From: the human T2T-CHM13v2.0 reference genome, Homo sapiens
DNA: 64,000 nucleotides
Strand: one strand, 5' to 3'
Assembly: GCF_009914755.1 (NCBI RefSeq)
Contig: NC_060938.1
Positions 31,201-47,322 of the stretch are shown piece after piece (within the stretch, counting starts at the first letter, position 1; each line of letters opens with the position of its first letter). Below the pieces are notes generated by a model. It was not told where the DNA came from, did no database searches, and saw nothing but the letters and a program-made list of their open reading frames with translations. Both the position numbers and the translations under genes were made by a program.

Positions 31201-32285
31201 GTCCTCCTATGATGACGGAGATAACTAATGGAGTAAATGAAAACATTCATGTTTGATATTTTTATGCAAATGGATTAAAATATTCTGCTTTAGCCCCAAG
31301 TTGATGTCTTATCTAATTGCCCTTTAAAGTGACATCTTCCATCGCACATGTGGACCCGTGCTAAATTCATTTATTTCATCTTGCCTGAAATTATGATGAA
31401 TGGTCTAAGCTCTATTCAATTATTTAAAATGTGCAAAGAAACAGAAACAATGAAACTGGCAAACCCCTCTACATTCTTAGGAACAATTTAGGCTAATTAG
31501 CATCAACTTCTCCCCCATTCATCATACCCCTTTAGAAATATAAACAAACTGTCAGCTGTAACCTAACAAACAGATCACTGAGCTACTTAACACAAATTAT
31601 TCTTACATGAAAAGCTCCTTCTCAGGCAATATTCTCCTTTAGGGCATCTGGGAAGCTGAGCTATTAAAATTGAAGACATATGTTCCAGTCAAACTCAACT
31701 CCTGGATTGTAATGATTGCTGTTGTGACAGTTTTCAGTCAGCATACTTGCTGCTGGCAACACAGTGCCAAGCTTGAGCAAAGCAAAAGTAAAACGGAATG
31801 ATGCAAGCAGCGCCCTGGATGTGGAGGATGCCTCCTCGCACTTCCCATCGCCATGTAGTTGGTGGGTCTCAACGCTGGTGATATGCTGTTGCAGCTCAAA
31901 GCTATGCTTAGTTTGGTTTGGGGACAATAAAGGATATGAAGGTGACAAGACTGTGGATGTCAACGTGTTATTTTTCACTACATCCTATGAGGCTAGTGCT
32001 ACTTAGCTTTCAATATTTCATTGAAGCCAATAAATCTTGGCCTATCATTTCAGAGAAGCTAGAAAAGATACAGTTAGAAGGGTCCCAGTTGAGAAAAACA
32101 TAGCTTTCCAAAGATTAGGTATGTCCCTTCAAACAGTACTTAAAAACTGAGTTCTTTCCTTTCAATTAAGAGAAATAAAAACAACATGTTTACCCCTTTA
32201 CATACTAGACCTCTGTGGGTAAAGCCCTGTCCTGATATTAAACCAAGATAGTGTTTTCTTTATTGTTTAAACATAGTCACATGTA

Positions 32286-33222
32286 CAGTTGATTCTAATT
32301 ATCTGCACTAGTTATGTCCAATAAAGTTGTGGTGGAAACTGCATTAGCCACCACTGAACCCACTGCTCCTAGGGAAAATAGGAGTTAAGTTCCTGTGTGT
32401 CTCTGGTGACAACATTTTCATCAATTGATCAATATATAATCTTATTTTATGTGTGTTTCTGTTTAAAGACACCTTACTTAATATATACTTTTGATTTATT
32501 AACATAGAACTCACAACCAATGGCACTATAACTCAAGCCTGAACAAAGCTTACCTGACACACAGATTTTCTCATAAGGCGCATCTTGCCTTTAGAAACAA
32601 TAGACAATGGGCCGGGTGCGGTGGCTCATACCTGTAATCCCAGCACTTTGGGAGGTCGAGGCAGGTGGATCATGAGGTCAGGACATCCAGACCAGCCTGG
32701 CTAACATGGTGAAACACCATCTCTACTAAAAATACAAAAAATTAGCTGGGTGTGGTAGCACACACCTGTAACCCCAGCTACTCGGGAGGCTGAGGCAGGA
32801 GAATCACTTGAACCTGAGAGGCAAAGCTTGAAGTGAACCGAGATTGCACCACTGCGCTCCAGCCCAGGTGACAGAATGAGACTCAGTCTCAAAAAAAAAA
32901 AAAAGCAATAGACAACACTTCTGCACAATGGCTTGGGGGCCATTTTAAACAGTAAAATCATGAACAAAAAAGCCCCAACACATAGCACTAAATAGACTGC
33001 AAAAAGGACCTTCTTACAGTATGACAACGGAAACAGGAAGGCAGAGTATCACCTTGTTCAGCTGGGAACATGTGCATTAGATGATGCAAATTTTCCATCA
33101 CTTTGCACACGTCTGTGAATGACTGAGAAAGAACCATAAGTATTGACTTGGGGGTTACAAACAAATTTCAGCAAGTAGGCAAATTCACAAATATGATATC
33201 TGCAAATAATGAGCATCAACTG
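32286..33222 (+). mobile_element. MER82 (TcMar-Tigger) DNA transposon, interrupted by an Alu
   Basis: Terminal inverted repeats 'cagttgattctaattatctgca' and 'tgcaaataatgagcatcaactg', preceded by TA; internal text matches the MER82 consensus as recalled. Confidence 0.85.
32610..32904 (+). mobile_element. AluS inside MER82
   Basis: Dimer with A tail; TSD caatagacaa on both sides. Confidence 0.95.
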
Positions 33223-33302
33223 TGTCTACATTCATACATATTTTCTCCTCTCTGATTTCCCACTGAAAGCCTCTGAGTTATTTCCCTCACTAAGCAAGGG
33301 TC

Positions 33303-33601
<299 letters not shown>

Positions 33602-33852
33602 AGCAAGGGTCTTTGTCTGAAAGCCTAGCCAAGTCTTCAGAAGCTAACTATAAAGTAGGGAGCCACAGAATTCCTTGTAACATGGTAAGCCAAAAAGCCT
33701 TTCAAATATGTTCCTTTTCTTTAGCATCCTAGAAATATAAACCTTAATGGCACCTATAGCTACTGCAGTAATAGTGTGAATGCACATTACAGCCAATCCT
33801 ACACGGTACCATGTCTACACCCTATTGAAGCACTTGGATTACTGTTATTTGC

Positions 33853-34330
33853 TGTAGTGGACAGTAGTTGTTGCTGGCATCCATCTCCTCCGTCCTCCTA
33901 CCTACCTAGGCTTCTGATTTCCCCCCAGTGTTGTTTAGGTAGGGTTTTCTCGAGGTGGATTATTGGCTTTTAAGCCAATTAGTGTATGCCATCCCTAAGC
34001 CACAGGGATTTCTTTAGGGATGAGCCTATGACTCTGTCTGGGCTAATGACACATAAGGAGATATTTGCTGAGCATTTCTGGAAAGAAATCGTTCCTCTCT
34101 GGGAGAACTATGGTGGAGCCAGCTTCAGGATGGTGCAGGCACTATGGAAAGTGGGGCGGAAAAACAAGGAAAATGGGTCCTGGGTGATATTGCTGAGCTA
34201 CTGGAAAAAGACTCAAATTTATCCCACCTTTTTTTTTAATTTTTCAATTAAATAGATAATAAATAGTCTTCATTGTTTAAGGCAACATGGGTGAGGTTCT
34301 GTTTTTCTTGTACCCAAGAGAATTCTGATA
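33853..34330 (+). mobile_element. ERVL LTR16-like (decayed)
   Basis: LTR16-like phrases, including the 3' part 'aataaatagtcttcattgtttaagg...ttctgtttttcttg..cccaa...ttctgat'. Confidence 0.45.
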
Positions 34331-36289
34331 TATTTACATGCAGTTTTCCTGCCTGCTCCATGACATTTACACACCACACACACACACACACGCACATACG
34401 GGGAGAGAGAGAGAGAATTCCTTGAATTATCTTTTGTCCATCTTTTTTAAATGCTCTACTTCCTGCTATCATGACTGATGTATATATAGCAACTATTGAT
34501 AAATATATTGAATTCAATTCAAGGGGGAACATCTTCCATGGATGTAAAATAATAAACAGTGTACCACATTAACCAGAGCAAGATTAGCTAAGATGGCTGC
34601 TATCATATTGCTGCCCACTGATGAAAACAAAGTTCTCATTATATTCACCTTAAGTATAAAGTGTTTCAAGGATAAAATGTTAATACATCCAATCAAGAAC
34701 GATTTTTTAGTTTATCAAATAAAATTACAAATATAACATAATCTTTCTCCTGCTCACCCCACAATGCAGAATAATTTATGAATACTTTTTCTTTAGTATC
34801 CTTAACTCCAGTTTCTCTGGATTAGGATAATGAATAGAACTGAATGTTACCCACGCTTCATTCATAAATATAAAGCAATATGGCAACTTTTTAAAGTTTC
34901 CGCCTAGTCTTTTCTTTCTCTATGGGTGGTTTTCACAGCCATGATTATTTGTGGATGCAAAACTGTGTGTATAATAAATTGCAACTGCAACTGACTAACC
35001 TCAGAAGACTGACACGTGACTAATTACTCCCACAGGTGGCGAACTGCTTTGGCAATTAGCCCATTGTGGGCAAAATTCATTGCGTGTAAGAAAGAGGCTT
35101 CCTTTTCAAAATATCCACACCTACTTTTGGGGGATGAATGGAGGGGAGAGAACTAACATGGAAAAAAGTGGGGGGAGGATGAAGGAATAAGGGGCAGATG
35201 GAAAAATTAATGATTTCTTTAACAAACAAACCATTTAACCTGAATTTCTCTCCAACGTGGTGGGATTCTACCCAAACACCCTCCCAGCCCCCTTAAAACC
35301 TAAGTAGTAACTTAAAGAGAGATCTGGCCATTTGCTAACCATTTAAAATAACTCTAAGGTCATCTGGCATGATCCCATGTTTTCTCTTTAGCTTATCATA
35401 TACATTTCAGAAAGGTTTGAGTGACACGGTGGCAATTTTGAAGACTCTATTTTAGCCCATTCCTCAGAGCATATAGCAAATAGCATAAATGGGTCATGTC
35501 TGAATGTACTTTTTAAAAGTTAATTATCTGCGGTTATGCAATGTCATTAGCTTCCTATTAAAATGTCCCTAAGCCCTAGATAACATTGCTACATCATAGC
35601 AATGTGAACAAGTGTGGAGTTTAGACTTTAAAGATTTCCTTCCATGACAGACTTTAATCAGGAATTAGATAATTTTTCTAAAGATCTAGATAGTCATCCT
35701 GTGATCAATCTCCGCTCACCAGAGTCAGGTCTCTTGGAAGATAAGACTAGTAGCATAGCAACAATCAGACACAAAAAGGTGCCTTACACACCAGACTTGA
35801 AAATAATTGGATTCTTTATTGCCATCCAGCTAAGATGATGCCTATTAATATGGAAAAAATTAAAATATTTGATAATGCCCAGTTTGACGAGAATGGGGAG
35901 ATAACAGCACTCACATACTCTGTACTGAGAACAAAAATTGGAGGGAAGTTTGGAAGTATCTGTCAAAATGTAAAACCAAATGTGTTTGGCCCATCAATTT
36001 CTCCTCTAGGACAAATTGTGCAGCAAGTTTGTACACATACACATACATACTTACATTCACATTCACATATATATATATACAAATACACACAATCACATGC
36101 AAACATGCAGACTTATACACAGATACACACACGTGACTCTAGATGACTAGTCCATTTTACAGGGTGCTCACTGAAGCATGGTTGGTGATAGCCAAAAAAA
36201 AAAAAACTGCAAACAAGTTAAATATCGCCAGTAGCAGCTGGCTGAATAAACTATGGTATATGGTATACAGAATGAAGTCAAATACTGGT

Positions 36290-36560
36290 ACCCAGGATAT
36301 AAAATTTCAGTTGGATAAGAGGAATAAGTTCACAACACCTATTGTACAACATGGTGGCTATAGTTAATAGCAGTGCATTGTGTTTTTGAAAATTGCTAAG
36401 AGATTAAATTTTGGGTATTCTCACCACACACACACAAAAAAAGTAAGTATGTGAAATGATATATATGTTAATTGGCTTAAATTGGCCATTCCACAATGGC
36501 CATGATAAATAATGTACATGATAAATAAATGATTTTTATCAATTAAAATAAATAAATATT
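36290..36560 (+). mobile_element. L1MA 3' end
   Basis: 'aaaatttcagtt.gataagaggaataagttca...ctattgtacaacatggtg.ctatagttaata...gaaaattgctaagaga'. Confidence 0.85.
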
Positions 36561-36561
36561 A

Positions 36562-37002
<441 letters not shown>

Positions 37003-37038
37003 CTACACTATTCAGTAAAAACAAACTGCAGAAAAGGC

Positions 37039-37204
37039 ATGAATAAAAAATATATAAATGCCTGGTATGGTGGCTCACACTTATTAATCCCAGCACTTTG
37101 GGAGGCTGAAGTAGGAGGATTGCTTGCTTGAACTCTGGAGTTTGAGACAAGCCTGGGCAACATAGCAAGAACTCATCTCTACTAAAACATAAAAAAGTTA
37201 GCCA
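37039..37204 (+). mobile_element. Alu left-arm fragment
   Basis: Left monomer and linker only. Confidence 0.85.
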
Positions 37205-37230
37205 AGTGAGATATCCTGTCTTTAAAAAAA

Positions 37231-37297
37231 TGTATATATGTATATATATATTTATATACACACACACGCGCACGCGCACACACACACACACACACAC
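37231..37297. repeat. Compound (TA)n(CA)n(CG) microsatellite
   Basis: Alternating purine-pyrimidine tract, seen directly. Confidence 0.9.
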
Positions 37298-37744
37298 AAA
37301 ACACCTTGACCAGGTGATCAAAATTAGCATCATAAATGAGACATATATAAACATCATGGGCCTCAGGTTGTGGATATTTTAAAAGAACACATCACTTATG
37401 TATGTGATATTCCACCAAAGAATGCATTGTCAGTAGCTAACTAGGAAGAGACATCAGACAAACCCAAAGTGAGAAATATTCTATTAAATTGTTCAAAAAT
37501 GTCAACATTATAAATAATAACAAAAGAGTGAAGAACAGTTCCAGATTAAGAGGGACTAATTGAAATATACCAACTAAATGCTATACATGACTCTAGACTA
37601 TATAACAGGTACAGAGAGGAAAAAAATACTATAAAGTGCATTATTGGATCAAACTTATAAAAGTATTGCATCAATGACAAATGCATTGCCGTTTTATTGA
37701 AGTTGATAACAGAATTGTAGTTATAAACAGTCTTTTAGTATACT

Positions 37745-38950
37745 GTCTTTGTCCTTGATCTTTGAGATTTTGATTATTATATGCCTTGGGGTAGTCTTAT
37801 TCGGGTTGAATCTGCTTCGTATTCTTTTACTTTCTTGGACCTGGATATTTATATATTTCTCTAGGTTTGGAAAGTTCTCTGTTATTATTTCTTTGAATAA
37901 ACTGTCTACCCTGATCTCTTTTTCCTACATCCTCTTTAAGGCCAATAATTCTTAGATTTGTCCTTTTGAAGCTATTTTCTAGATCTTGTAAACACTTTGT
38001 TCCTTTTCATTAATTTCTTTTTTCTCCTCTGTGTATTTTCAAATAGCCAGTCTTCAAGCTCAGTAATTCTTTTTTTCTGCTTGATCAGTTCTGTTTCTGA
38101 GACACTGTAATGTATTTTTCAGTTTGTCAACTGAATTTTTTTCAGCTCCAGGATTTCTGTTGATTTTTTTATTATATCAATCTCTGTTAAATTTCTCTGA
38201 TCGAATTTTGAATTCATTTTCTGTGTTATCTTGTAGTTGGTTGACTTTCCTCAAAACAGCCATTTTGAATTACCCGTCTGAGAGGTCTCATATCTCTGTC
38301 ACCTCAGGATTGGTCAGTCGTAGCTTATTTAGTCTGTCTAGTGAAGTCATATTTTCCTGAATGTTCTTGATGCTTGTGGACATTTGTTGATGTCTGGGCA
38401 TTGAAGGGCTAGGTGTTTATTCCAGTCTTTGCAGTCTGCCCTTGTTTGTACCTGTCATTCAAAGGGCTGGGTTTTTTTTTGTTTTTTTTTTTTGTTTTTT
38501 TTTGTTTGTTTTTGGTTCTTACGAAAGTGCTTTTTTTATTCTAACTTTTATTTAGTTTTTTTGTTTTTCTGAAACAAGGTCTTACTCTGTTGCCCAGGCT
38601 GGAGCGCAGTGGTGCTATCTCAGCTCACTGCAGCCTCCACCTCCTGGGTTCAAGAGATTCTAACGCCTCAGCCACCTGAGTAGCTGAAATTACAGGTGTG
38701 CACCACCCCACCCAGCTAATTTTTGTATTTTTAGTAGGGACAGCATTTCGCCATGTTACCCAAGCTGGTCTTGAACTCCTGAGCTCAAGCTATCTGCTCA
38801 CCTTGGCCTCCCAAAGTGCTGGGATTACAATGTGAGCCACCGCACTCGGCCAAATGTGTTTTCTTGCGTTAAGGGTTGTTCAAAATTTGATGTTCCTGGG
38901 GGAGGTAGGCAATTGTTGAAGGGTTCTATTTGGCCATCTTGTTCTGCCTC
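37745..38950 (-). mobile_element. L1 fragment (5'/ORF1 region), nested in an older + strand L1MC-like 3' end and interrupted by an Alu
   Basis: Reverse L1 ORF1-like text 'ttgattattatatgccttggggtagtcttattcgggttgaatctg...tttggaaagttctctgttattatttctttgaataaact'. Confidence 0.75.
38531..38851 (-). mobile_element. Alu (J/S)
   Basis: Reverse dimer with T-rich tail. Confidence 0.93.
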
Positions 38951-39051
38951 ATAAATATCCATATTCTCAGGAAAAACACCCTGAAATATTTAGGGGCAAG
39001 GCCTACAATGTTTGCAACTTAGTCTCAAATGATTCAGACAAAAATAACATC

Positions 39052-39389
<338 letters not shown>

Positions 39390-40150
39390 CTATAGAGAAG
39401 AAATGATAAAGCAAATGGGGCAAAATGTCAACAGCAGTGAATCCAGGTAAAAAGTTCCTTTTACGGTTCTTACAACTTTTTTGTAAGTTTCAATGTTTTT
39501 CCAAATAAAATCTTTTTTAAAGATATACATGCAATTTCAGGAAGTGTATACCAAAAACAATTCACAGTATTTACCTCTAGGGAATGGGGATAGAGGGTTT
39601 TTGAGCAGGTGGGACGGAGTAAGATTGTTGAGAGGCAGAGGGACTCAGCTTTCATCTAATGTCTTTCTCTACTGTCATAACTTAGCCTGAGGTAAGTTTG
39701 TAATTAGAATGCCTAATTAATTTTAAAACAGCAGTGTATAGAGTCCTAGAAAGCGTAGACTTTGGAGACAGACAGATCTTGGCTGAAATCCTGTCAGTTC
39801 CCACTTTACTCAGGGTGTGACTTTGACCCAGCCAAGTAATTTCCTTGTGTGTGGAATTCCTCAAAAGATCTGGTTTCTAGTCCCAGCTCTGCCACTAACT
39901 CACTGGGAAATGTTAGGCAGGATATTTCACCTCTCTGGGCCTCAAGTCTTTTAACAGTCTACAGAATAAGAAGTTAACCATGATTTCTTTCCAAGCCAAT
40001 TTTTGCTATAAAAGAAGTTTGGTTTTCCAGGATACTATCTGCTTTAACAGGAAGAGTTCTTCTGAATTGTATAGTTCACATGAAGAAAAGATGATTTGCT
40101 ATTTCCTGGGCTGACGACTATTACCTAATTGATTCTCCTTATAGGACGAT

Positions 40151-40690
<540 letters not shown>

Positions 40691-41450
40691 TAAAATCCTC
40701 CTGGGGCGACCATCAGAGAGTTTCTAACCAAGGAGGGCCCTGTTCTCACATCTCTTTCCCCTTAACATTTAAACCCGTACTTTGCTGGAAGGAAATTTAA
40801 TCCATATGCTTCTGAGTAATTTGTACTTAACACATCAAAATATTCCGTTCTAACAGTCATTTGTTGTCTCAATCATCCTCCTGGGTCTTTTTAAGGGCTT
40901 TTGTTCTTAGTAGTCAATGTAGTAGTCAAAAATGGAATTTGAACTCCAGAAGGATAGTTCCTTATCCTTATTATTCCTCACCCATTTTGGTAGACCCTGC
41001 CAGGATGTTCCCCCCGCCACCGACTCCCCCTCACCCAGGTAAGAAAGTGTTTGTTCTAATACACGTTTACTTTCTTTTATTTATAGAATAAGAATGTTAG
41101 TTACTATTTGCTGTGCACCAACAATGGCAGGCTCCATATTGGGAACTTTAAATGTATCTTTAACCTTCGCATTGAGTGAGGTAAGCATAATATTTTCCTC
41201 CTTTTCCAGATTCAGAACCCGGAGCTCTGAGAGAGTAAGTGATTTTCCTAAAATCATATGGGTGGTAAGAACCTAGGTGTTACTAACTCCAAACACCACA
41301 CTTACTCTTTATATATTAAATTTATATTTAAAATTAAATTTAAACAAATGGTACTCCAACTTCCACAGCTGGAGGCCTTGCTAGCAGTTCTTCACATCCT
41401 CCTCTCCCTGGCAATTTCTATTCATTCCAGCTCAAATGCCACCACCTCTA

Positions 41451-41779
41451 TGTTTGTTTGTTTGTTTGTTTGTTTGTTTGTTTTCTTTTGTTTTTTTTGA
41501 GATGGAGTCTCACTCTGTTGCCCAGGCTGGAGTGCAGTCACACAATTTCAGCTCACTGCAACCTTCGCCTCCCAGGTTCAAGAGGTTCTCCAGCCTCAGC
41601 CTCCTGAGTAGCTGGTACTACAGGCATGCACCATCACACCCAGCTAATTTTTGTATTTTTAGTAGAGATGGGGTTTCACCATGTTGGCCAGGCTGGTCTC
41701 GAACTCCTGACCTCAGGTGTTTCCCCGCCTCGGCCTCCCAAAGTGCTGGGATTACAGGTGTGAGCCACCATGCCTGGCT
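41451..41779 (-). mobile_element. AluS with (GTTT)n tail and TSD
   Basis: TSD gccaccacctcta at 41438-41450 and 41780-41792. Confidence 0.95.
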
Positions 41780-43558
41780 GCCACCACCTCTAGGAAGGCT
41801 TCCCTCTTTGCTGTCTTACACATCCTTCTTTGTCCCACTTAACACACTTCAATATAATCATGTGTTCAGGGTTATTCTCATTCATCTAGATCATCCTAAC
41901 GCCCAACCCAAAGTAGATGTTTAATTGAGGTATCTCAACTGGAATATTTCTTACTTAAGACTGAGGTAGAAATGTAATTCATTGGTTCATTCAAATTAAT
42001 TCTAGGCACTAGGAACACGGCAAGTTAAAACAAGCAGATCACTTCCCACACCCAACACCATTCAGGTTTAGAGCCAAGTTCTCCATCCCTATGGACTACA
42101 TCTAGATATCCTCTTGGAAGGACAGATCAGTAGAGAACAGCTGCACATGGAGACAGCACAATGTAGTGGGTCAAGTGGGTGATTCTGGAGTCAGTCCACC
42201 TGCCTGGGCAATTTACTTAACCTCAGTTTCCGTATGAAAGGAATTAGGAAAATAATACCTATTATTGGGTGATTGGGGGGTTGTAGAACACAATTTATAT
42301 TGCAGACATTACATGTAAACTTAGAATAGTGCCTGAAACTTAGGGTTCAATAAATATTAGCTATTATTATCATTCTCTGTCTCACCCAGCCCATTTGCTT
42401 CTCTTTCGCTGACAGCCGACTTACCTAGCAATTATAAACTAAGAAATTAAATAAAATAATCTAATATGATGATTTCACAGATACACTATCTTTCTAAAAG
42501 CCTTTTATTGTGTATTGAAAAATAATGTGTTAATCCAACTTTAAAATGCCTAGGCCAAAGAGGTGTAATAATTTTTATACAAAACACAATTATTAGTTGA
42601 GCAGATTCTGTAATTTCTCCCAATACAGATATATCTTTTCTTTTTCACCTCTAAAATTTCCACTACAAACAGTCTATATTTTTATTCATATTTTTCTTTT
42701 TTCTTCTTCTAAGTCAGTTTATGTGACTCCGTGAGCACACAGAAGTTTTATGAGACCAAGGTCATAAACTCACTCCCTTTGCAAGTCAGCCTATTCCCTG
42801 TTTGATAGCTGTGAGATATACCCCGAATCTTGGCCAATGTTACTAATGAAAACCATTTATGACAAGAAATGCCAGTGGATGAAGATGCCAACCTATGCTT
42901 TAAAAACTCAGATATTTTTTATAGTATAAAAGCCAGATAAATGAAAAATATTCATGTATGAAGACAGCTGTCATAATATTATTTTAATTGTTAAAAATTT
43001 GATAAAACTAAATGTTCAGTAATGGAATAATGGTATAACAAACTTTATAGTCATGCAATAAATTTTAAATGATGGTTTGCAAATATTTTTAAGTGAAATT
43101 ACAATATAATAACTTTTTATAAAGCAGAATATAGAACCATGTATATGATATGCATTTAACACATTTATACAAAAGCCCATATAGGTATAGAAAATGCAAT
43201 AAAAAGAAAATGCACTAAAATGTTAACATTTTAGTTGTGGTTACATCTGTGTAATTAAGTGAATTATGGGTGATTTTTATTTTGTTCTTGATAAAGAAGA
43301 CTGTACCAGTTCTGACTTTTATTGACTTTGTTAAATGCATTTTGTGATTCCCCTCATGTTTCAGTTTCCTCATCTGTAAGATGAAGAAAATGAGAATATA
43401 TGTTTCACAAATATCATGCTGCATCACATGAGTTAATGAACATAAAAATAACTAACAGATTTTAATGTAATGTTTAAATATTAAATTATTGGAAAACAGT
43501 ATAACTTTATTATATGTATAAGTTAACAGCAGTTAGGACTGGAAACTGCATTTGTTCA

Positions 43559-43875
<317 letters not shown>

Positions 43876-44031
43876 GTAACAAATGTTTATCCCTTTCTTC
43901 TGAGACTTTTCCTAGTCCCCTAGGTTTCCCTGTTCCTTTACCTCTCCTAGCTGTTGCATTATTACTGGAAAGGCTGGGGAAATGTTAAGAAGGGTGGTAG
44001 TTTGTCTACCCAAAACATAGAAAAAGGATCA

Positions 44032-44425
<394 letters not shown>

Positions 44426-45619
44426 TTAATCAAAGTCAAACCATACTGTTTAATAATAAATATCGTATCAATCCCAGCAATAGTTATGACTACTGGATAA
44501 AGAAAACTGAAAGCTCTTCTAGGTAAAACAGAATATCCCATTAGCTTGGAATGCATGTTTAACGTGCTATGGGAAATATTATACTGCAAGTAATAAATAT
44601 TTTATCGCACCTTCACTGACAGTAACAAGAAAAGGAATAGGCAGAGAAAAGATTTGCATATCTCTTCCTTTACCAAAGGATAAAAGATTTAGAGGGATTA
44701 CACTAAATTACACACAGATGAGGTTTCTGATGCCTGGCTTCCAAATTGGGCCTGATCTCTTAACTTACTGAGGAATTCTAAATACCACTGGAGCGTCTAT
44801 CACGGGTTTAAGCAATATTCCAAAGCATGGTCTGGTTTTGGTTTCAGAATAAATATAGTCACCATGGGACAACTACCATGCTTTGAGCTTTGTATAAATG
44901 TTACTTCATTTAACTCTTTCAATAAGCAAGTATAATTTTTCTATATTTTGAAAATGAAGAAATCAAGGATCATAGAAATTAAGTAACTTGCCTAACATTC
45001 CAGAGCTCACAGCAGGCTGAGTGGGTATTCAAATTCTTCCAAGATCCATGTTCTTTCCACTACATTCTTCTTTCTCTGCCACTTCAAATCTCAAACCTTC
45101 TTCCCTTGCTGTCTAGACAACCAACCAGGATATTCATGCTAATCTGACTATCCAAAAGTCCCAAGCCTCAACTGTGCTTCAAATATCATGGCACACAACA
45201 GACAGACAACATCCAGTCACTTCTACCTGCTTCTCAGGATGAGCTTGGTACTGAATCATGTCACTCATTCAGTCATAAAGCACTTTCCAAGCACTTGCTG
45301 TTTGCCAGAATTTTCTCAGGATACTTGTTACCCACTCATATCCTTTACAAGGCAAATTGGAAGTGATCCTGACCCAAATCTGTATAGAGCACATGCAGAA
45401 AGAAGGACCATTTCTGTGCTTCCCACGGCTCGTGGACCACTCTCACTGCAGTCAGGGGAGGCCATCATATAAGGTAACAGATAAATGCCATATGACAAAC
45501 TTCCCTCCTCTTCAGAAATGGACACCAATGGGAGTTCTGAAATGGTTTAATTCTGCTACCAAATCAGAACACTAACATATAATTTACTTTACTAGAAATG
45601 GATGTAAAAATAATTAACC

Positions 45620-45862
45620 TCATAAGAGGTATTAGTGCCCTTATAACGGGGGCTCAAGGGAGCTTGTTCACCCCTTCCATGTGAGGAAGCAGCAAGAAGG
45701 TACCAGCCATGAGGTGGAGAGCTAGCTCTCATCAGACATAGAACCTGCTGGCACCTTGATCTCGGCCTTCTCAGCCTCTAGAATTGAGCAAGAAATATTT
45801 GTGGTTTACAAATTATCTGGTCTAAGGTATTTTGTTATAGCAGCATGAACCAACTAAGATAG
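45620..45862 (+). mobile_element. MLT1A-like LTR, 3' part
   Basis: 'attagtgcccttata...ctgctggcaccttgatctcgg.cttc.cagcctc.agaa...ggtattttgttatagcagc..gaac..actaaga'. Confidence 0.75.
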
Positions 45863-47322
45863 GGAAATAAAACTAAGACAAAGGTTTAAAGTAATGAGTA
45901 ACTTATTAAAAATATACATTGTTTTTACCAAAGCCATTCCTTTGGCATTATTTTCTAATCAACATAATATGAAAATAGCTATATATTTATATTACTATGG
46001 CCCGTGGCACAAACTTAACAGCATATACCATGATACTGTGATAAGGGCTTTACATGCAATATATCATTGAATGTGCACACAAAACAAAATAGGAAAGTAT
46101 TTTTGGTCCTCTTTTTACAGATAATGAAACTAAGGCTTAAAGAAATTAATTATCTTGCTCAAGATCACACAGGTAGGAGGTGGCCCAGCCCAAGGTTTAT
46201 CCTAAGCAAAGCTAACAAGAGCTGTGTTCTTAACCATTAGTCTTCCACTTACTCCTAATGTTCTAGTAAATCCAAGAAGGGAACAGCCCACCCATCTCAT
46301 TTATCTGTGATCTCTTGCATAGCCTCTGAAATACAGCAGATCTGTATTTGTTCAATGTATATTTATTCTCAATATATATATTCATGAACAACAGTCAGCC
46401 TCAGTCAGGTAACTATTATGATCCATAAGCATTTCCAGAGGTGCTGATTCAACTTATTTTTCTTTATGTTTTTATCATCACTGGCACACCTACATTTTTA
46501 AACATTTGGTCTAGATCATAATATTAGAATTCCAGATAGAAGTCAGAGGTGAAATGAATGAACAGCAGAGGCAGACCTTAGTCCTCCAGTATAAACAAGT
46601 GTTTTTATCTGAGTGTCAAGGCAGGTAAGTAATAATGCCAATGATACTGATGCTGGACAAATAATTAAATGTGAAGTCAAACTCTGAAGCATAAGAAAGT
46701 GTTAGATTTGAAGTCACTGATACACCAAATAAAACAGATAATAAACAGTGTTCTGGACATCCAATCAGCAATAACTTTAGTCAGAGGAGTCCTGACTAAG
46801 GAGGTGCAGGCCAAGAGGGCTAAGAAAATGTGGTGTCTAATCCTGAATACAAAACAGAAGCCTAAGGTATCCCAGGGGGATGGGGGTGTGGGCCTTTTTT
46901 CCCAGGGCCAAATCACCACAAAGCAAATTGCGGGAGATATGCCTTTCTACATATTTCCCATCTTAGAATATGCTTTTTAATTTTATTTTTAATTTTAAGA
47001 AGAAAAGAGAGTCAGCGTGGGGATGAATCATGGCTATCCATTCCAAAAGGTGAAAGCAGATATCCTGAGTTAGTAATATTAAAATGAAGAAACCAAGTTA
47101 TCTCAACTGTAATGGAGATCACTTATCATAAAGAAAGACATAAAGGTCTATTATTAGCAGAATAGAATAGAATTAGTAGAATTCTAGGAGTAGAATTCAG
47201 AAAATGGTAGATTAGTTTGGAGTCTGTCATTTCATCATATAGCCAAAATTCTTCCAAGATGAGGTGAGCTTGCTAATGCCATTTTTGTCATGTACATGCC
47301 AATAATGTTACATATTGTTTAC

